Below are positions 8,288-17,241 of a stretch of DNA of 55,066 nt, piece after piece. Origin of the DNA: a virus. The stretch lies in the IMG/VR virus record IMGVR_UViG_3300014790_000001. The stretch is one strand, 5' to 3'. Made by a program: the position numbers and the translations under genes. How positions within the stretch are numbered: the stretch's first letter is position 1; every line of letters starts with the position of its first letter. The notes under the pieces are model-generated. The model searched no databases. It worked only from the letters and a program-made list of their open reading frames with translations, and was not told where the DNA came from.

Positions 8288-8485
8288 ATGGAGAAAGCAA
8301 AAAGAAACGTCATGATAAACAAAGCCGGGGGAACATCTGGAAAGAATACAAAGAATTACCGTATTTCTATTCCGGTAGGGATGATAAAGGCACTTGGCGT
8401 GACGGAAGACGATAGAAGCGTTGTACTGGAAGAAAAAGACGGTGTGATAACTATTAAGAAAGAAAAAAGTACATGGAACAGATAG
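8288..8485 (+). CDS. AbrB/SpoVT/MazE-type DNA-binding protein
   Basis: YRISIPVGMIKALGVTEDDRSVVLEEKDGVITIKK fits the swapped-hairpin AbrB pattern. Confidence 0.6.
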   Translation: MEKAKRNVMINKAGGTSGKNTKNYRISIPVGMIKALGVTEDDRSVVLEEKDGVITIKKEKSTWNR

Positions 8486-8502
8486 AAAAAACATAGTTTT
8501 TG

Positions 8503-8511
8503 TGGTATAAT
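8503..8511 (+). promoter_or_regulatory. extended -10 promoter TGGTATAAT (weak -35 TAGAAA at 8483-8488)
   Basis: TGnTATAAT match in a 135-nt gap upstream of the packaging operon. Confidence 0.5.
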
Positions 8512-8543
8512 ATAAGTAATAAAACTAAATAACGGGGACAATG

Positions 8544-8596
8544 AAATAGCACTTCTGACGGTAAGATGTAATTATCGTGGGAGGTGCTATTTTTGT
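8544..8596 (+). terminator. leader hairpin / terminator-like attenuator
   Basis: Stem AAATAGCAC/GTGCTATTT enclosing 31 nt, followed by TTTGT. The 3' arm overlaps a GGGAGGTG. Confidence 0.5.
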
Positions 8597-8619
8597 ATGC
8601 GGAAAAGGTAGGTGAGTGT

Positions 8620-8877
8620 ATGGCAAATCTAAATAGCATTGCTAAGAAGTTACAGAAAGCAATACTACAAAAAGGATTAGTTATTAAGATGGGGACAAGT
8701 CAGTTTTATTCTGTGGAGCAAAATAGACTTATCACTATGCACATTCTATCTACTAGAGTGCTAGAGCGAAAGAAAAACGGGGAATGGAAATATTATGATT
8801 ATGAAATTATCCGAACAGCATCACAGATAGAGATTGTAAATTGTTTAAATGATATATGGAGGGCGGTGAAAGAATGA
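8620..8877 (+). CDS. hypothetical protein
   Basis: ATG 8620 after GGTAGGTGAG. 85 codons. Confidence 0.65.
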   Translation: MANLNSIAKKLQKAILQKGLVIKMGTSQFYSVEQNRLITMHILSTRVLERKKNGEWKYYDYEIIRTASQIEIVNCLNDIWRAVKE

Positions 8878-9206
8878 TTGGAGAAAAGACGATAATTCCG
8901 GCAGATGTAATACCAGAGAGCGACATTGCTCCGATTATGAGAAGAGCGAACGAACTCGAAGAAGAAAACGAAAAGCTGAAAGAAAAGAATGAGTATCTGC
9001 AAAAAGAGGTAGAAGACGCAAAGGCTGTCGAAAAACGGGCACTGTGCGAAGTACAGGAGCTTATTGCAAAGAATAAGAGACTGGTAGAAGAACACAACAG
9101 GCAGAATGGAACGATACAGGCACTTAACATTGCACTGGATGTCATTACAGACAGATACAGTAACCTAAGGAAGAGACTGTGTAGAACAGGCAAGGGCGGT
9201 GAGTAG
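8874..9206 (+). CDS. hypothetical coiled-coil protein
   Basis: ATGA overlap with the upstream gene. Heptad-like ELEEENEKLKEKNEYLQKEVE. Confidence 0.65.
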   Translation: MIGEKTIIPADVIPESDIAPIMRRANELEEENEKLKEKNEYLQKEVEDAKAVEKRALCEVQELIAKNKRLVEEHNRQNGTIQALNIALDVITDRYSNLRKRLCRTGKGGE

Positions 9207-9237
9207 CATGGATGGATATATGGAAGAGGGTGGGTAG

Positions 9238-9663
9238 ATGCCGAAAGGAAAAGAACTTACTCCGAAGCAGAAAGCGTTTGCCGATGAATATCTGACTGAT
9301 CTGAACGGGACAAGGGCGTATAAAGAAGTCTATAGAAATGTAAAAAATGATGCGACAGCAGCAGCAGCAGCTTCGAGATTGTTAAAAAACGTTAAAGTAA
9401 AAGCCTATATTGCTGAACGAATGAAAGAGATCCAGACCGAGAAGACAGCCGACCTTGAAGAAGTCATCCGATTCTTTTCATCTGTCATGCGTGGTGAAGT
9501 GAAAGACCAGTTTGATTTAGACGCTACTATCTCCGACCGCCTGTCTGCCGGACGTGAACTAATGCGTTGGTATGAGAAAGCCGATGGAGAAGAAAAAGAT
9601 ACTGGTGGAATCACAATCATAAATAACATTCCGAAACCGGAGGGCGCAGATGGGGGAGATTAA
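9238..9663 (+). CDS. terS: terminase small subunit
   Basis: LTPKQKAFADEYL...NGTRAYKEVY... matches the Terminase_2-type N-terminus. Lies immediately upstream of terL. Confidence 0.8.
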   Translation: MPKGKELTPKQKAFADEYLTDLNGTRAYKEVYRNVKNDATAAAAASRLLKNVKVKAYIAERMKEIQTEKTADLEEVIRFFSSVMRGEVKDQFDLDATISDRLSAGRELMRWYEKADGEEKDTGGITIINNIPKPEGADGGD

Positions 9664-10900
9664 GCTTACAGATGTGATAGCTCCGGCTTTTTACGGCGTA
9701 CATTGGGACATCATAGATGGAAAACATACGTATTATGATTTGTCCGGTGGCCGAGGTTCGACTAAATCTTCGTTTGTCGGTACAGAGATACCACTTGGAA
9801 TGATGCAAGACGCAGTAAATGGCATACATTCAAATGCGGTAGTGTTCCGAAAAGTCGGGAATACACTAAGAGAATCGGTATTTGAACAAATCGCATGGGG
9901 AATAGATGCACTTGGAGCATCGGACGAATGGACATCAAGCCTAAGTCCTATGCAATATGTGTATAAGCCGACAGGACAGAAGATAATCTTCCGTGGATTG
10001 GATAAGGCGAAAAAGACAAAATCAATAAAGATTAGCAAAGGATATTTTAAGTACCTATGGTTTGAGGAATTGGACGAATTTGCCGGAATGGAAGAGGTGC
10101 GAATGACACAACAGTCAGTTCTTCGTGGTGGCGAAAAATTCGTTGTTTTTAAATCGTTCAATCCACCGATCAGCAACAGCAACTGGGCGAATAAGTACGT
10201 ATCAGAGCCGAGAACAGACAGCTTAAGGCACAAAAGCGATTATAGATCTGTTCCGGTAGAATGGCTAGGGCAACAATTCATCGATGATGCTGAGTATCTG
10301 AAAGAAACAAACCCGAGAGCTTATGAGCACGAATATCTTGGAATTCCTGTAGGACTTGGAACAAATATTTTTGAACTCTTAGAGATCAGAGAAATCACTG
10401 ATGAAGAAATAAGTAGGATGCAATCTATCTACCAGGGCGAGGACTGGGGATGGTTCCCGGATCCGAAAGCGTTTTTACGTGTTGCTTATGTTCCGAACCA
10501 ACAGAAAGTATACGCACTGGATGAATTGGGTGGCTGCAAAATAAGGAACAGCGAGATGGCACGACAAATCAAAGAAAAGGGATATGATGATTGCGCTATC
10601 TACTGTGGAGTGGATGAAGAAGAGAGCATTGTTGACTTCCGTGATGCCGGACTTCCGGCACGTAAGGCAATCGTGACACCGGGTAGCCGGAAGTATACGT
10701 TTGAATGGTTGCAATGCCGTACATTGGTAATTGACCCAAGACGGACACCAAGACTGTACAAAGAGGTTATAGAGTATGAGCATGAGCGAGATGGCAATGG
10801 TGAAGTGATAGCAGATTATCCGGACGGGAATGACCACTGGATTGATGCATTGAGATATGCTACTAGTCCGATATCTATGAGACGTGGACAGAGTGCGTAG
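9650..10900 (+). CDS. terL: terminase large subunit (PBSX/Terminase_3-like)
   Basis: Walker A-like SGGRGSTKSS and Walker B-like LWFEELDEF. Size and position fit. Confidence 0.9.
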   Translation: MGEIKLTDVIAPAFYGVHWDIIDGKHTYYDLSGGRGSTKSSFVGTEIPLGMMQDAVNGIHSNAVVFRKVGNTLRESVFEQIAWGIDALGASDEWTSSLSPMQYVYKPTGQKIIFRGLDKAKKTKSIKISKGYFKYLWFEELDEFAGMEEVRMTQQSVLRGGEKFVVFKSFNPPISNSNWANKYVSEPRTDSLRHKSDYRSVPVEWLGQQFIDDAEYLKETNPRAYEHEYLGIPVGLGTNIFELLEIREITDEEISRMQSIYQGEDWGWFPDPKAFLRVAYVPNQQKVYALDELGGCKIRNSEMARQIKEKGYDDCAIYCGVDEEESIVDFRDAGLPARKAIVTPGSRKYTFEWLQCRTLVIDPRRTPRLYKEVIEYEHERDGNGEVIADYPDGNDHWIDALRYATSPISMRRGQSA

Positions 10901-10914
10901 GAAAAGGTGAGTAG

Positions 10915-12303
10915 ATGGGAATTATAGACAAGATAAAGGCGGTGTGGGATAAAGTGTTTAAAGTAAACGATGCAAAAAAAATATTCGGAATAGAAACAGG
11001 GCGGTCATCTGATATGGATACTGCCCTGTCGAAGTATAAAGACATGCGATCTGGTATTCCGTATTGGTGTACCGAGAGGATAAAGCCGACAAGGTTTTCA
11101 AACGTGATTTGCCGTGAGATAGCGAACCTCACACTGTTCAATGCAGATATACAGATTACAGGAAATGATGAACTGCAAAAGAGATTTGATAGCGTAATGA
11201 ACACCTTACAGGAGAAACAAGAGGAAAGCTGTGCAACCTGTGGGATGATGGTCAAGAGCAACGGTGATGATGTAGAATTTTTGGATCCGGATTACTTTCT
11301 GATTACAGACACCAACACGGATGGGGATGCGTTAGCAGCTATCTTTTTCTCATACCTCAAGAAAAATGACAAATACTACACAAAAGCTGAGTATCACAGA
11401 TTTGAGGATGTCGGACTGGAACGTGTATACCATATATCCAGTAAGGCTTTTAAATCTGACAACAAAGATATGATCGGTACAGAGATCACGCTTGACAGGG
11501 TAGATGAGTGGAAAGACATTGAGCCGGAAGTATACGTACATGGGTTAGAATATCCTCTGTTCGTCTACTGGCGAAATCCTTACGCAAATGCGATTGACAA
11601 GGAATCTCCACTGACCGTTCCGGCGTTTTCGGAATGCATCGAAGAATTGAGATGGCTTGACATTGCATTAAACATGATGGGAGATGAAACGGAAGACAGT
11701 AGACATATTACTTATGTACCGCAGACAGCTATTGAATATGCAAGCAATCACTCTATTGAATTGCCGAGATTTATTCAAGGAATCGAAATGGGAACGAACG
11801 AAGACAGCGTCAAAGAGCACGTTCCAACGTTATTAGTGGCCGAGCGTGTAGCCGGTATTAACTTCTTGTTGTCCATCATCGGATACAAATGTGGATTCTC
11901 AAACGGATATTTCTCTTTCGACCAAAATCAGGGCATACAGACAGCAACACAGGTAGAATCTGACGATAGGCGTACACTGCATACCATCCAGGCATTCCGA
12001 AACATTTTGGACGGAAAGAACCATGACGGAGTATTGCACAGAATCATCTATATCCTGTATGCAGTAGGCACAGCAAACGGAACTATTCCGGTAACGAACT
12101 ACCAAACGGCATGCGATTTTGAAGACCTTGTATATAACTTAGAGGATGATCGTGCACGGTGGTGGAACTATGTGGTACAGGGTAAGGTTCCGGCATGGAT
12201 GTATTTTGTGAAATTCGAGGGAATGACAGAAAGCGAAGCGAAAGCAATGATTGAAGAAGCGCAGGAACAGAACAAGCCGGACAGTGGATTGTACGAAGAA
12301 TAG
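10915..12303 (+). CDS. portal protein
   Basis: 462 aa, directly downstream of terL. Call rests mainly on position and size. Confidence 0.75.
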   Translation: MGIIDKIKAVWDKVFKVNDAKKIFGIETGRSSDMDTALSKYKDMRSGIPYWCTERIKPTRFSNVICREIANLTLFNADIQITGNDELQKRFDSVMNTLQEKQEESCATCGMMVKSNGDDVEFLDPDYFLITDTNTDGDALAAIFFSYLKKNDKYYTKAEYHRFEDVGLERVYHISSKAFKSDNKDMIGTEITLDRVDEWKDIEPEVYVHGLEYPLFVYWRNPYANAIDKESPLTVPAFSECIEELRWLDIALNMMGDETEDSRHITYVPQTAIEYASNHSIELPRFIQGIEMGTNEDSVKEHVPTLLVAERVAGINFLLSIIGYKCGFSNGYFSFDQNQGIQTATQVESDDRRTLHTIQAFRNILDGKNHDGVLHRIIYILYAVGTANGTIPVTNYQTACDFEDLVYNLEDDRARWWNYVVQGKVPAWMYFVKFEGMTESEAKAMIEEAQEQNKPDSGLYEE

Positions 12304-12320
12304 GAAAGAGGTGAACCAAA

Positions 12321-13664
12321 ATGGAATATCTTATCATAGACCCGTCAACAAGAAAAATTGCAGTCCCCAAAAGCGAACAACTTTTTGGAGTGTACGGAGA
12401 GGGCAATATTGAAAGAAAGTATTTCAAATGCCCTAAAATCGTAGGAGATAATGTCGACTTGTCTGACTGTTACATTTTCGTAAATTACTATACTGCAAAA
12501 GGATTGCCGGGGAAATATACCGTAAAAGATGTGAAGGTAGACGGGGAGAATATCACTTTTTCGTGGGAGTTAAAGCAACACATCTTTGACGCAAACGAGG
12601 ATACATCTATATATTTTGCAGTAGAAGCGAAAAACAAAGATAAAGTAGAAGTGTTCAGAACCAGCCCGGCTACCGGAAAGACCAAAGAGACGATAGACAC
12701 GGATAAAGAGATCGAAGAGACTCACGTCGATGTCATTCTTGACCTTATATCCAGAGTAGACACATTGGAGAAAAAGCCTATTTCCGAGGAGCAGATAGAG
12801 AAATCTGTAAAAAGCTATCTGGAAAAGAATCCTATAGAAGAGACGGATCCAACGGTACCAGCATGGGCAAAAGAGGAAGAAAAACCTACTTATACCGCAG
12901 AAGAAGTAGGAGCACTGCCGAGTACGACCGTGATTCCATCGAAACTTTCAGAACTGACAGCGGACGATGAACACGAAACTGTGACAAAGGAAGAGAAACA
13001 AGCTTGGAACGCAAAGAGTGACTTTTCAGGAGAGTATAGAGATTTAAAGGGAAAACCAGAACTTGCTGAATGGGTGTTGCAAAGTAGGAAACCAACATAT
13101 ACAGCAAGCGAAGTAGGGGCACTGCCTAGTACGACGGAAATTCCGAAAAAATTGTCCGATATGGGAGAAGACACCACGCACAGAACAGTTACAGACACAG
13201 AAAAACAGAGTTGGAACAACAAGAGCAATTTTTCCGGCAACTATGAAGACTTACAAGGAAAGCCAATAATTCCTACAGTACCAACCACTCTTCCAAACCC
13301 GCAAGCCCTAACCATCACATATGGCGGTAAAACACACATCTATGATGGAAGTGAAGCCCTTGCAATCACAATCGAAACAGGTGGCATCGAAAGAGTAGAA
13401 AAACTTGATACAGATACCACAGTAACGCTCGAACCGAATAAGCTATACGTATTCCCAGAGATGGAGTCACTTACCTACACCATCGGAGAGGGCACAGGTG
13501 AGATACATTTCATTTTTAAATCTGGTGCAACGGCTACAAGGGTGGTACACCCGGCAGGGGTCAATATCGGGAGCTTTATGGTAGAGGGCAACAAGATATA
13601 TGAGGTATCAATCTTAGAGGGATTACTTACATCCCAGAATTGGAGCGTGAGCGATGGAACGTAG
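12321..13664 (+). CDS. fibre-like structural protein with tandem KPTYTA-EVGA...FSG-Y-DL-GKP repeats
   Basis: The SGxYxDLxGKP and KPTYTAxEVGA motifs are typical of phage fibre/collar proteins. AGAGGTGA before the ATG. Confidence 0.65.
   Translation: MEYLIIDPSTRKIAVPKSEQLFGVYGEGNIERKYFKCPKIVGDNVDLSDCYIFVNYYTAKGLPGKYTVKDVKVDGENITFSWELKQHIFDANEDTSIYFAVEAKNKDKVEVFRTSPATGKTKETIDTDKEIEETHVDVILDLISRVDTLEKKPISEEQIEKSVKSYLEKNPIEETDPTVPAWAKEEEKPTYTAEEVGALPSTTVIPSKLSELTADDEHETVTKEEKQAWNAKSDFSGEYRDLKGKPELAEWVLQSRKPTYTASEVGALPSTTEIPKKLSDMGEDTTHRTVTDTEKQSWNNKSNFSGNYEDLQGKPIIPTVPTTLPNPQALTITYGGKTHIYDGSEALAITIETGGIERVEKLDTDTTVTLEPNKLYVFPEMESLTYTIGEGTGEIHFIFKSGATATRVVHPAGVNIGSFMVEGNKIYEVSILEGLLTSQNWSVSDGT
12882..13265 (+). 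repeat. two ~59-aa tandem repeat units inside the fibre-like gene
   Basis: aa 188-246 and aa 257-315 align (KPTYTAEEVGALPSTTVIPSKLSE... versus KPTYTASEVGALPSTTEIPKKLSD...). Confidence 0.85.
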
Positions 13665-13695
13665 AAGAACATTAGGAAGTGAGGTGGCAGAAAGT

Positions 13696-14136
13696 ATGAT
13701 AAATGAAGAGTTTGAATTATTAGGCGAAATTGATGTGTCAAATTTTGCATTTGTAAATTCTGTTATGTTTGAAAAGACATGCGACTGCTCAGAACTATTG
13801 CTGATATGGACAGATATGGAAAATTCGACTAATACAGATTCTACGGTTATGGTAAAGATTAATGATATTGTGGCAGATTGTGGAGCGCCTAGAACATCTA
13901 AGAGCGGAAGCAAAAAGAATGGATATACATTATATAAATGCTTAAATGGGTGCGGAACAATAGCAGTATCTCATACCGGAGCTAGTAGTAAAACAATGTA
14001 TAGTGGCAATGCAGGGAATGCTATGATTCCTTACAATTTGATGCCGATTGCAGAGAAATTTAGGAAAATAAAAATCTACAACAGTGGAACACAATACTAT
14101 GCAACATCTGGCACTATAAAAGTTTACGGGAGGTAA
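13696..14136 (+). CDS. hypothetical protein
   Basis: GAGGTGG 8 nt before ATG 13696. The tracked start 13654 is also possible. Confidence 0.6.
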   Translation: MINEEFELLGEIDVSNFAFVNSVMFEKTCDCSELLLIWTDMENSTNTDSTVMVKINDIVADCGAPRTSKSGSKKNGYTLYKCLNGCGTIAVSHTGASSKTMYSGNAGNAMIPYNLMPIAEKFRKIKIYNSGTQYYATSGTIKVYGR

Positions 14137-14169
14137 GTTGACATGAAATACAGAATGACACAAAATCTT

Positions 14170-14201
14170 GTCAGTCAGTCAGTCAGTCAGTCAGTCAGTC
14201 A
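14170..14201. repeat. tetranucleotide microsatellite (GTCA)8
   Basis: Eight perfect units counted base by base. Lies in the 158-nt gap between two genes, inside a 36-codon ORF (14143-14253). Confidence 0.97.
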
Positions 14202-14294
14202 CGGCTTAGTTGATTCTAAATCCTGTGTCAAGAATGCCGTGGATATATGTTAAGACGGCGAATGATGATGGCAAAGGCACAGGAGGTAGAAGAG

Positions 14295-14597
14295 ATGCTT
14301 GAATATGTAGGAGATATATCCGTACAAAACAAATGGGGTGCATTAGCTGTGAAAATTAATGCTGAAAACGATACACTGTACCTTTTACTCCCAAAGACTA
14401 ATAAATATATCAAAAATATAATTATAAATGTCTATGGGAATAAGTACGGATATTTAGCATGTAGCGAAAGCACAACAGCGGGAGCGATTGTAGCGAGTAA
14501 TTATACACTTTCTGACAATGCGGTGGATTTTTCGCTAAGAATTGGTGAAAGCAAGGTAGAAACTATTGATTTCGAAGTATACAAAAGAAGTTTATAA
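14295..14597 (+). CDS. hypothetical protein
   Basis: AGGAGG 8 nt before ATG 14295. The tracked start 14247 lacks an SD. Confidence 0.6.
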   Translation: MLEYVGDISVQNKWGALAVKINAENDTLYLLLPKTNKYIKNIIINVYGNKYGYLACSESTTAGAIVASNYTLSDNAVDFSLRIGESKVETIDFEVYKRSL

Positions 14598-14619
14598 AAG
14601 AAAGCGAGGTGATTAAAAA

Positions 14620-14913
14620 ATGTACGCAGAATTGCAAAACGGATTTCTGAGAAGTGCACCGAAGACCATAGTGTTAGACGGTCGCACTATCAATAATCCA
14701 TTGCCAGAAGAACTGGAACAGTTAGGCTACAAGCCTGTGGTGTACGTAGATATGCCCATCGAGGTAACAGAGGGCAAACACTGGGAATCTGGATGGACGG
14801 AAGAAGAGAATGCGATTAGGCAGGTGTGGACACTGGTAGACAACCCAATCTATCCAGAGCCAGAATTAAGCGCAGATGAAGCACTAAATATTATAATGGG
14901 GGTGGTACAGTGA
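14620..14913 (+). CDS. hypothetical protein
   Basis: 97-codon ORF with GCGAGGTGA upstream. Confidence 0.65.
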   Translation: MYAELQNGFLRSAPKTIVLDGRTINNPLPEELEQLGYKPVVYVDMPIEVTEGKHWESGWTEEENAIRQVWTLVDNPIYPEPELSADEALNIIMGVVQ

Positions 14914-15302
14914 CGAGGGAACAAGCAGAGCAGTTGCGGAAGCTGTTGGAAAACCAGACAGCCAACATGACCGATGAACAAATATTGAAGTATCCAGACT
15001 TTGTGGAGAAATGGCAGTCTGGCAAGGAATATGTAGTTGGCAAGCGGTTGGAATACGATGGTACTATCTACAAGGTATTACAAGCCCACACAAGCCAAGA
15101 GACATGGATACCACCGGATGCGCCGTCTTTGTTCGCCAAGGTGCTTATACCGGACACTGACACGATTCCAGAGTGGGAACAACCAGACAGCACGAATCCA
15201 TACAGCAAGGGCGATAAGGTTACACACAACGGCAAGACATGGCAGAGCACCATTGACAACAACGTCTGGGAGCCGGGTGTGTATGGATGGGAAGAGGTAT
15301 AA
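14910..15302 (+). CDS. protein with two CBM5/12-like carbohydrate-binding repeats
   Basis: GKRLEYDGTIYKVLQAHTSQETWIPP and KGDKVTHNGKTWQSTIDNNVWEPG fit the chitin-binding-type repeat. Confidence 0.55.
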   Translation: MTREQAEQLRKLLENQTANMTDEQILKYPDFVEKWQSGKEYVVGKRLEYDGTIYKVLQAHTSQETWIPPDAPSLFAKVLIPDTDTIPEWEQPDSTNPYSKGDKVTHNGKTWQSTIDNNVWEPGVYGWEEV

Positions 15303-15357
15303 GGGGACACGCCAATCCGAAAGATAAATGATAATGTCTGTAAAGGAGGACTAAAAA

Positions 15358-15651
15358 ATGGAACAGATTATTAGTTATGTAAAGCCGGAGTTAATGGTGG
15401 TTTCTTTTGCCTTGTATTTTCTTGGGAAATGGATGAAAAATTCAAAGAGAATTAAGGATAAAGACATTCCACTCTCTCTCGGAGGTATTGGAATTATTAT
15501 TTGCGGAATGTATGTAACAGCAACTTGCGATTTGGACAGCATGAAAAACGTTTTTATGGCACTGTTCACGTCTATAGTACAAGGCATCATGGTAGCCGGA
15601 CTGAGTACATACGTTAATCAGATTATTAAGCAGATTGGAAAGGACGAATAA
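15358..15651 (+). CDS. holin-like membrane protein
   Basis: Three hydrophobic segments and a charged C-terminus (KQIGKDE). AAAGGAGG before the ATG. Confidence 0.5.
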   Translation: MEQIISYVKPELMVVSFALYFLGKWMKNSKRIKDKDIPLSLGGIGIIICGMYVTATCDLDSMKNVFMALFTSIVQGIMVAGLSTYVNQIIKQIGKDE

Positions 15652-15653
15652 AG

Positions 15654-15737
15654 ATGGCAACAAGTACGATTAATATTATTGTGATTTGTGTGTTTTTCTT
15701 AATTCTTCTTGCATGGCCAGATGGAAAGGGTAAGTAA
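15654..15737 (+). CDS. hydrophobic mini-peptide (27 aa)
   Basis: Hand-translated MATSTINIIVICVFFLILLAWPDGKGK. Its stop overlaps the MuF ATG. Confidence 0.35.
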   Translation: MATSTINIIVICVFFLILLAWPDGKGK

Positions 15738-16969
15738 TGCTTACGCCGGAATATCTCTTTCATGTGACCGAGGGAGCCGAAAAGATAACGTCAGACATGC
15801 ATAAGAACATTATGGACATGATCGTTGAGCGTATAATGGTACGCATAGGTCGTGGAGAAGACTATATGCTTACAGCTACGGACAGGTGGCAGATACAGGT
15901 GTTACAGGAATCCGGCTACTTATTGGAAGACATACAAAAAGAGATTGCTGACAAAACGAAGAAGCAAGAGAACGAGCTGAAAAGCGCATTTGAAGAAGCC
16001 GGAATAAAAGCTATCGAGAGAGACGATGCGATATATAGGGCGGTAGGACTATCACCTACGCCCTTATTGCAATCTCCGGCATTGCTCAGAATACTGGAAA
16101 GAGATTATAACGCTACGTGTGGAGAATGGAGAAACCTTACACGAACAACGGCAGATGAAGCACAGAAGTTGTTTTTGAAAGAGGTCGACACAGCTTACCG
16201 CATGACATCAAGCGGTGCCGTATCATACACACAAGCTGTCAGGAATGCTGTTGACAAGATGATAAAGCAAGGTGTTAAAGTATCCTATCCGTCCGGTAGA
16301 GAAATGAGCATTGAATCAGCCACAATGATGACTGTCCGCACAGGGATAAGCCAGTGCGCCGGAGCAATCGCATTAAAACGAATGGAAGAATTGGAATGGG
16401 ATACTATCTTAGTATCTGCACATGTGGGCGCACGAATTGGTGATGGCGGTAACAATCCAACGAACCACTTTTGGTGGCAAGGAAAATTCTATTCCCGGAC
16501 AGGCAAAGACAAGAGGTTCCCGGACTTCCGAACATCAACAGGCTACGGAACGGTGACAGGGTTGTGTGGCGTGAACTGCCGACACTCTTTCGGGTCCGGT
16601 GACGGTGAAAACAATCCGTATGCAGATATCAATCTGTCAAGCGAAGACAATATCAAAGCGGAAGAACGTGCGAAAAAACAACGTCTTATGGAAAGGCATA
16701 TTCGCAACAGCAAGAGAGAGATTCAGAATTTGCAGACTGCTATAGATGCAAGCGGAGATGATAAGCTTAAATTCGAATTGCAACAGATGTATGACCGCAA
16801 ATCAGCGGTACTCAGACGGCAGAATAAGCAATACCGTGAGTTCTGCAAAGATAATGGTCTTAAAGAATATTCGGAACGTCTACGGGTAGCACAGTGGGAT
16901 AGGTCGCAGGCTGTGAAATCTGCAAAAGCAGCACAAAGATATCTTAATACGAAAGGTGATGTAAAATGA
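15737..16969 (+). CDS. head morphogenesis protein (SPP1 gp7 / Mu F family)
   Basis: Contains the ...GLCGVNCRHSF... motif characteristic of the Phage_Mu_F domain. 410 aa. Confidence 0.8.
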   Translation: MLTPEYLFHVTEGAEKITSDMHKNIMDMIVERIMVRIGRGEDYMLTATDRWQIQVLQESGYLLEDIQKEIADKTKKQENELKSAFEEAGIKAIERDDAIYRAVGLSPTPLLQSPALLRILERDYNATCGEWRNLTRTTADEAQKLFLKEVDTAYRMTSSGAVSYTQAVRNAVDKMIKQGVKVSYPSGREMSIESATMMTVRTGISQCAGAIALKRMEELEWDTILVSAHVGARIGDGGNNPTNHFWWQGKFYSRTGKDKRFPDFRTSTGYGTVTGLCGVNCRHSFGSGDGENNPYADINLSSEDNIKAEERAKKQRLMERHIRNSKREIQNLQTAIDASGDDKLKFELQQMYDRKSAVLRRQNKQYREFCKDNGLKEYSERLRVAQWDRSQAVKSAKAAQRYLNTKGDVK

Positions 16970-17238
16970 GTGGATTGACAAGAATGGCAAAAATGTGCAG
17001 AGAGTGTCCGTTTAAAGACAAGTGCAAAAATAAGCGGTTGGAGAAAGAAGCGTATCTTACTCCTGTTATCTCACCGATTATTGAAGATGTGGCATCACCT
17101 GTATTAAAGGCTCATGATTACAGAAATGTAAAGGTTGCAGAAAAAACGACAATCACTATTGATGTAGAGGACCTGAAAGAAAGAATGCGAAAAGAGATAT
17201 ACAGGCAAGCCGGAATCGGATTGAATTATGGAGCGTAA
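16966..17238 (+). CDS. hypothetical Cys-containing protein
   Basis: 90-codon ORF with CRECPFKDKC at the N-terminus. Confidence 0.6.
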   Translation: MSGLTRMAKMCRECPFKDKCKNKRLEKEAYLTPVISPIIEDVASPVLKAHDYRNVKVAEKTTITIDVEDLKERMRKEIYRQAGIGLNYGA

Positions 17239-17241
17239 CAC

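Noticed and set aside
9352-9372. (GCA) trinucleotide run in terS
   Set aside because: It has only about five units, encodes an in-frame poly-Ala stretch, and is too short to argue for slippage-based variation.
15037-15327. 96-codon Arg-rich ORF overlapping the CBM-repeat gene in another frame
   Set aside because: It has no SD and is entirely embedded in 14910-15302, whose two CBM5/12-like repeats support the annotated frame. Its composition is typical of an off-frame translation.
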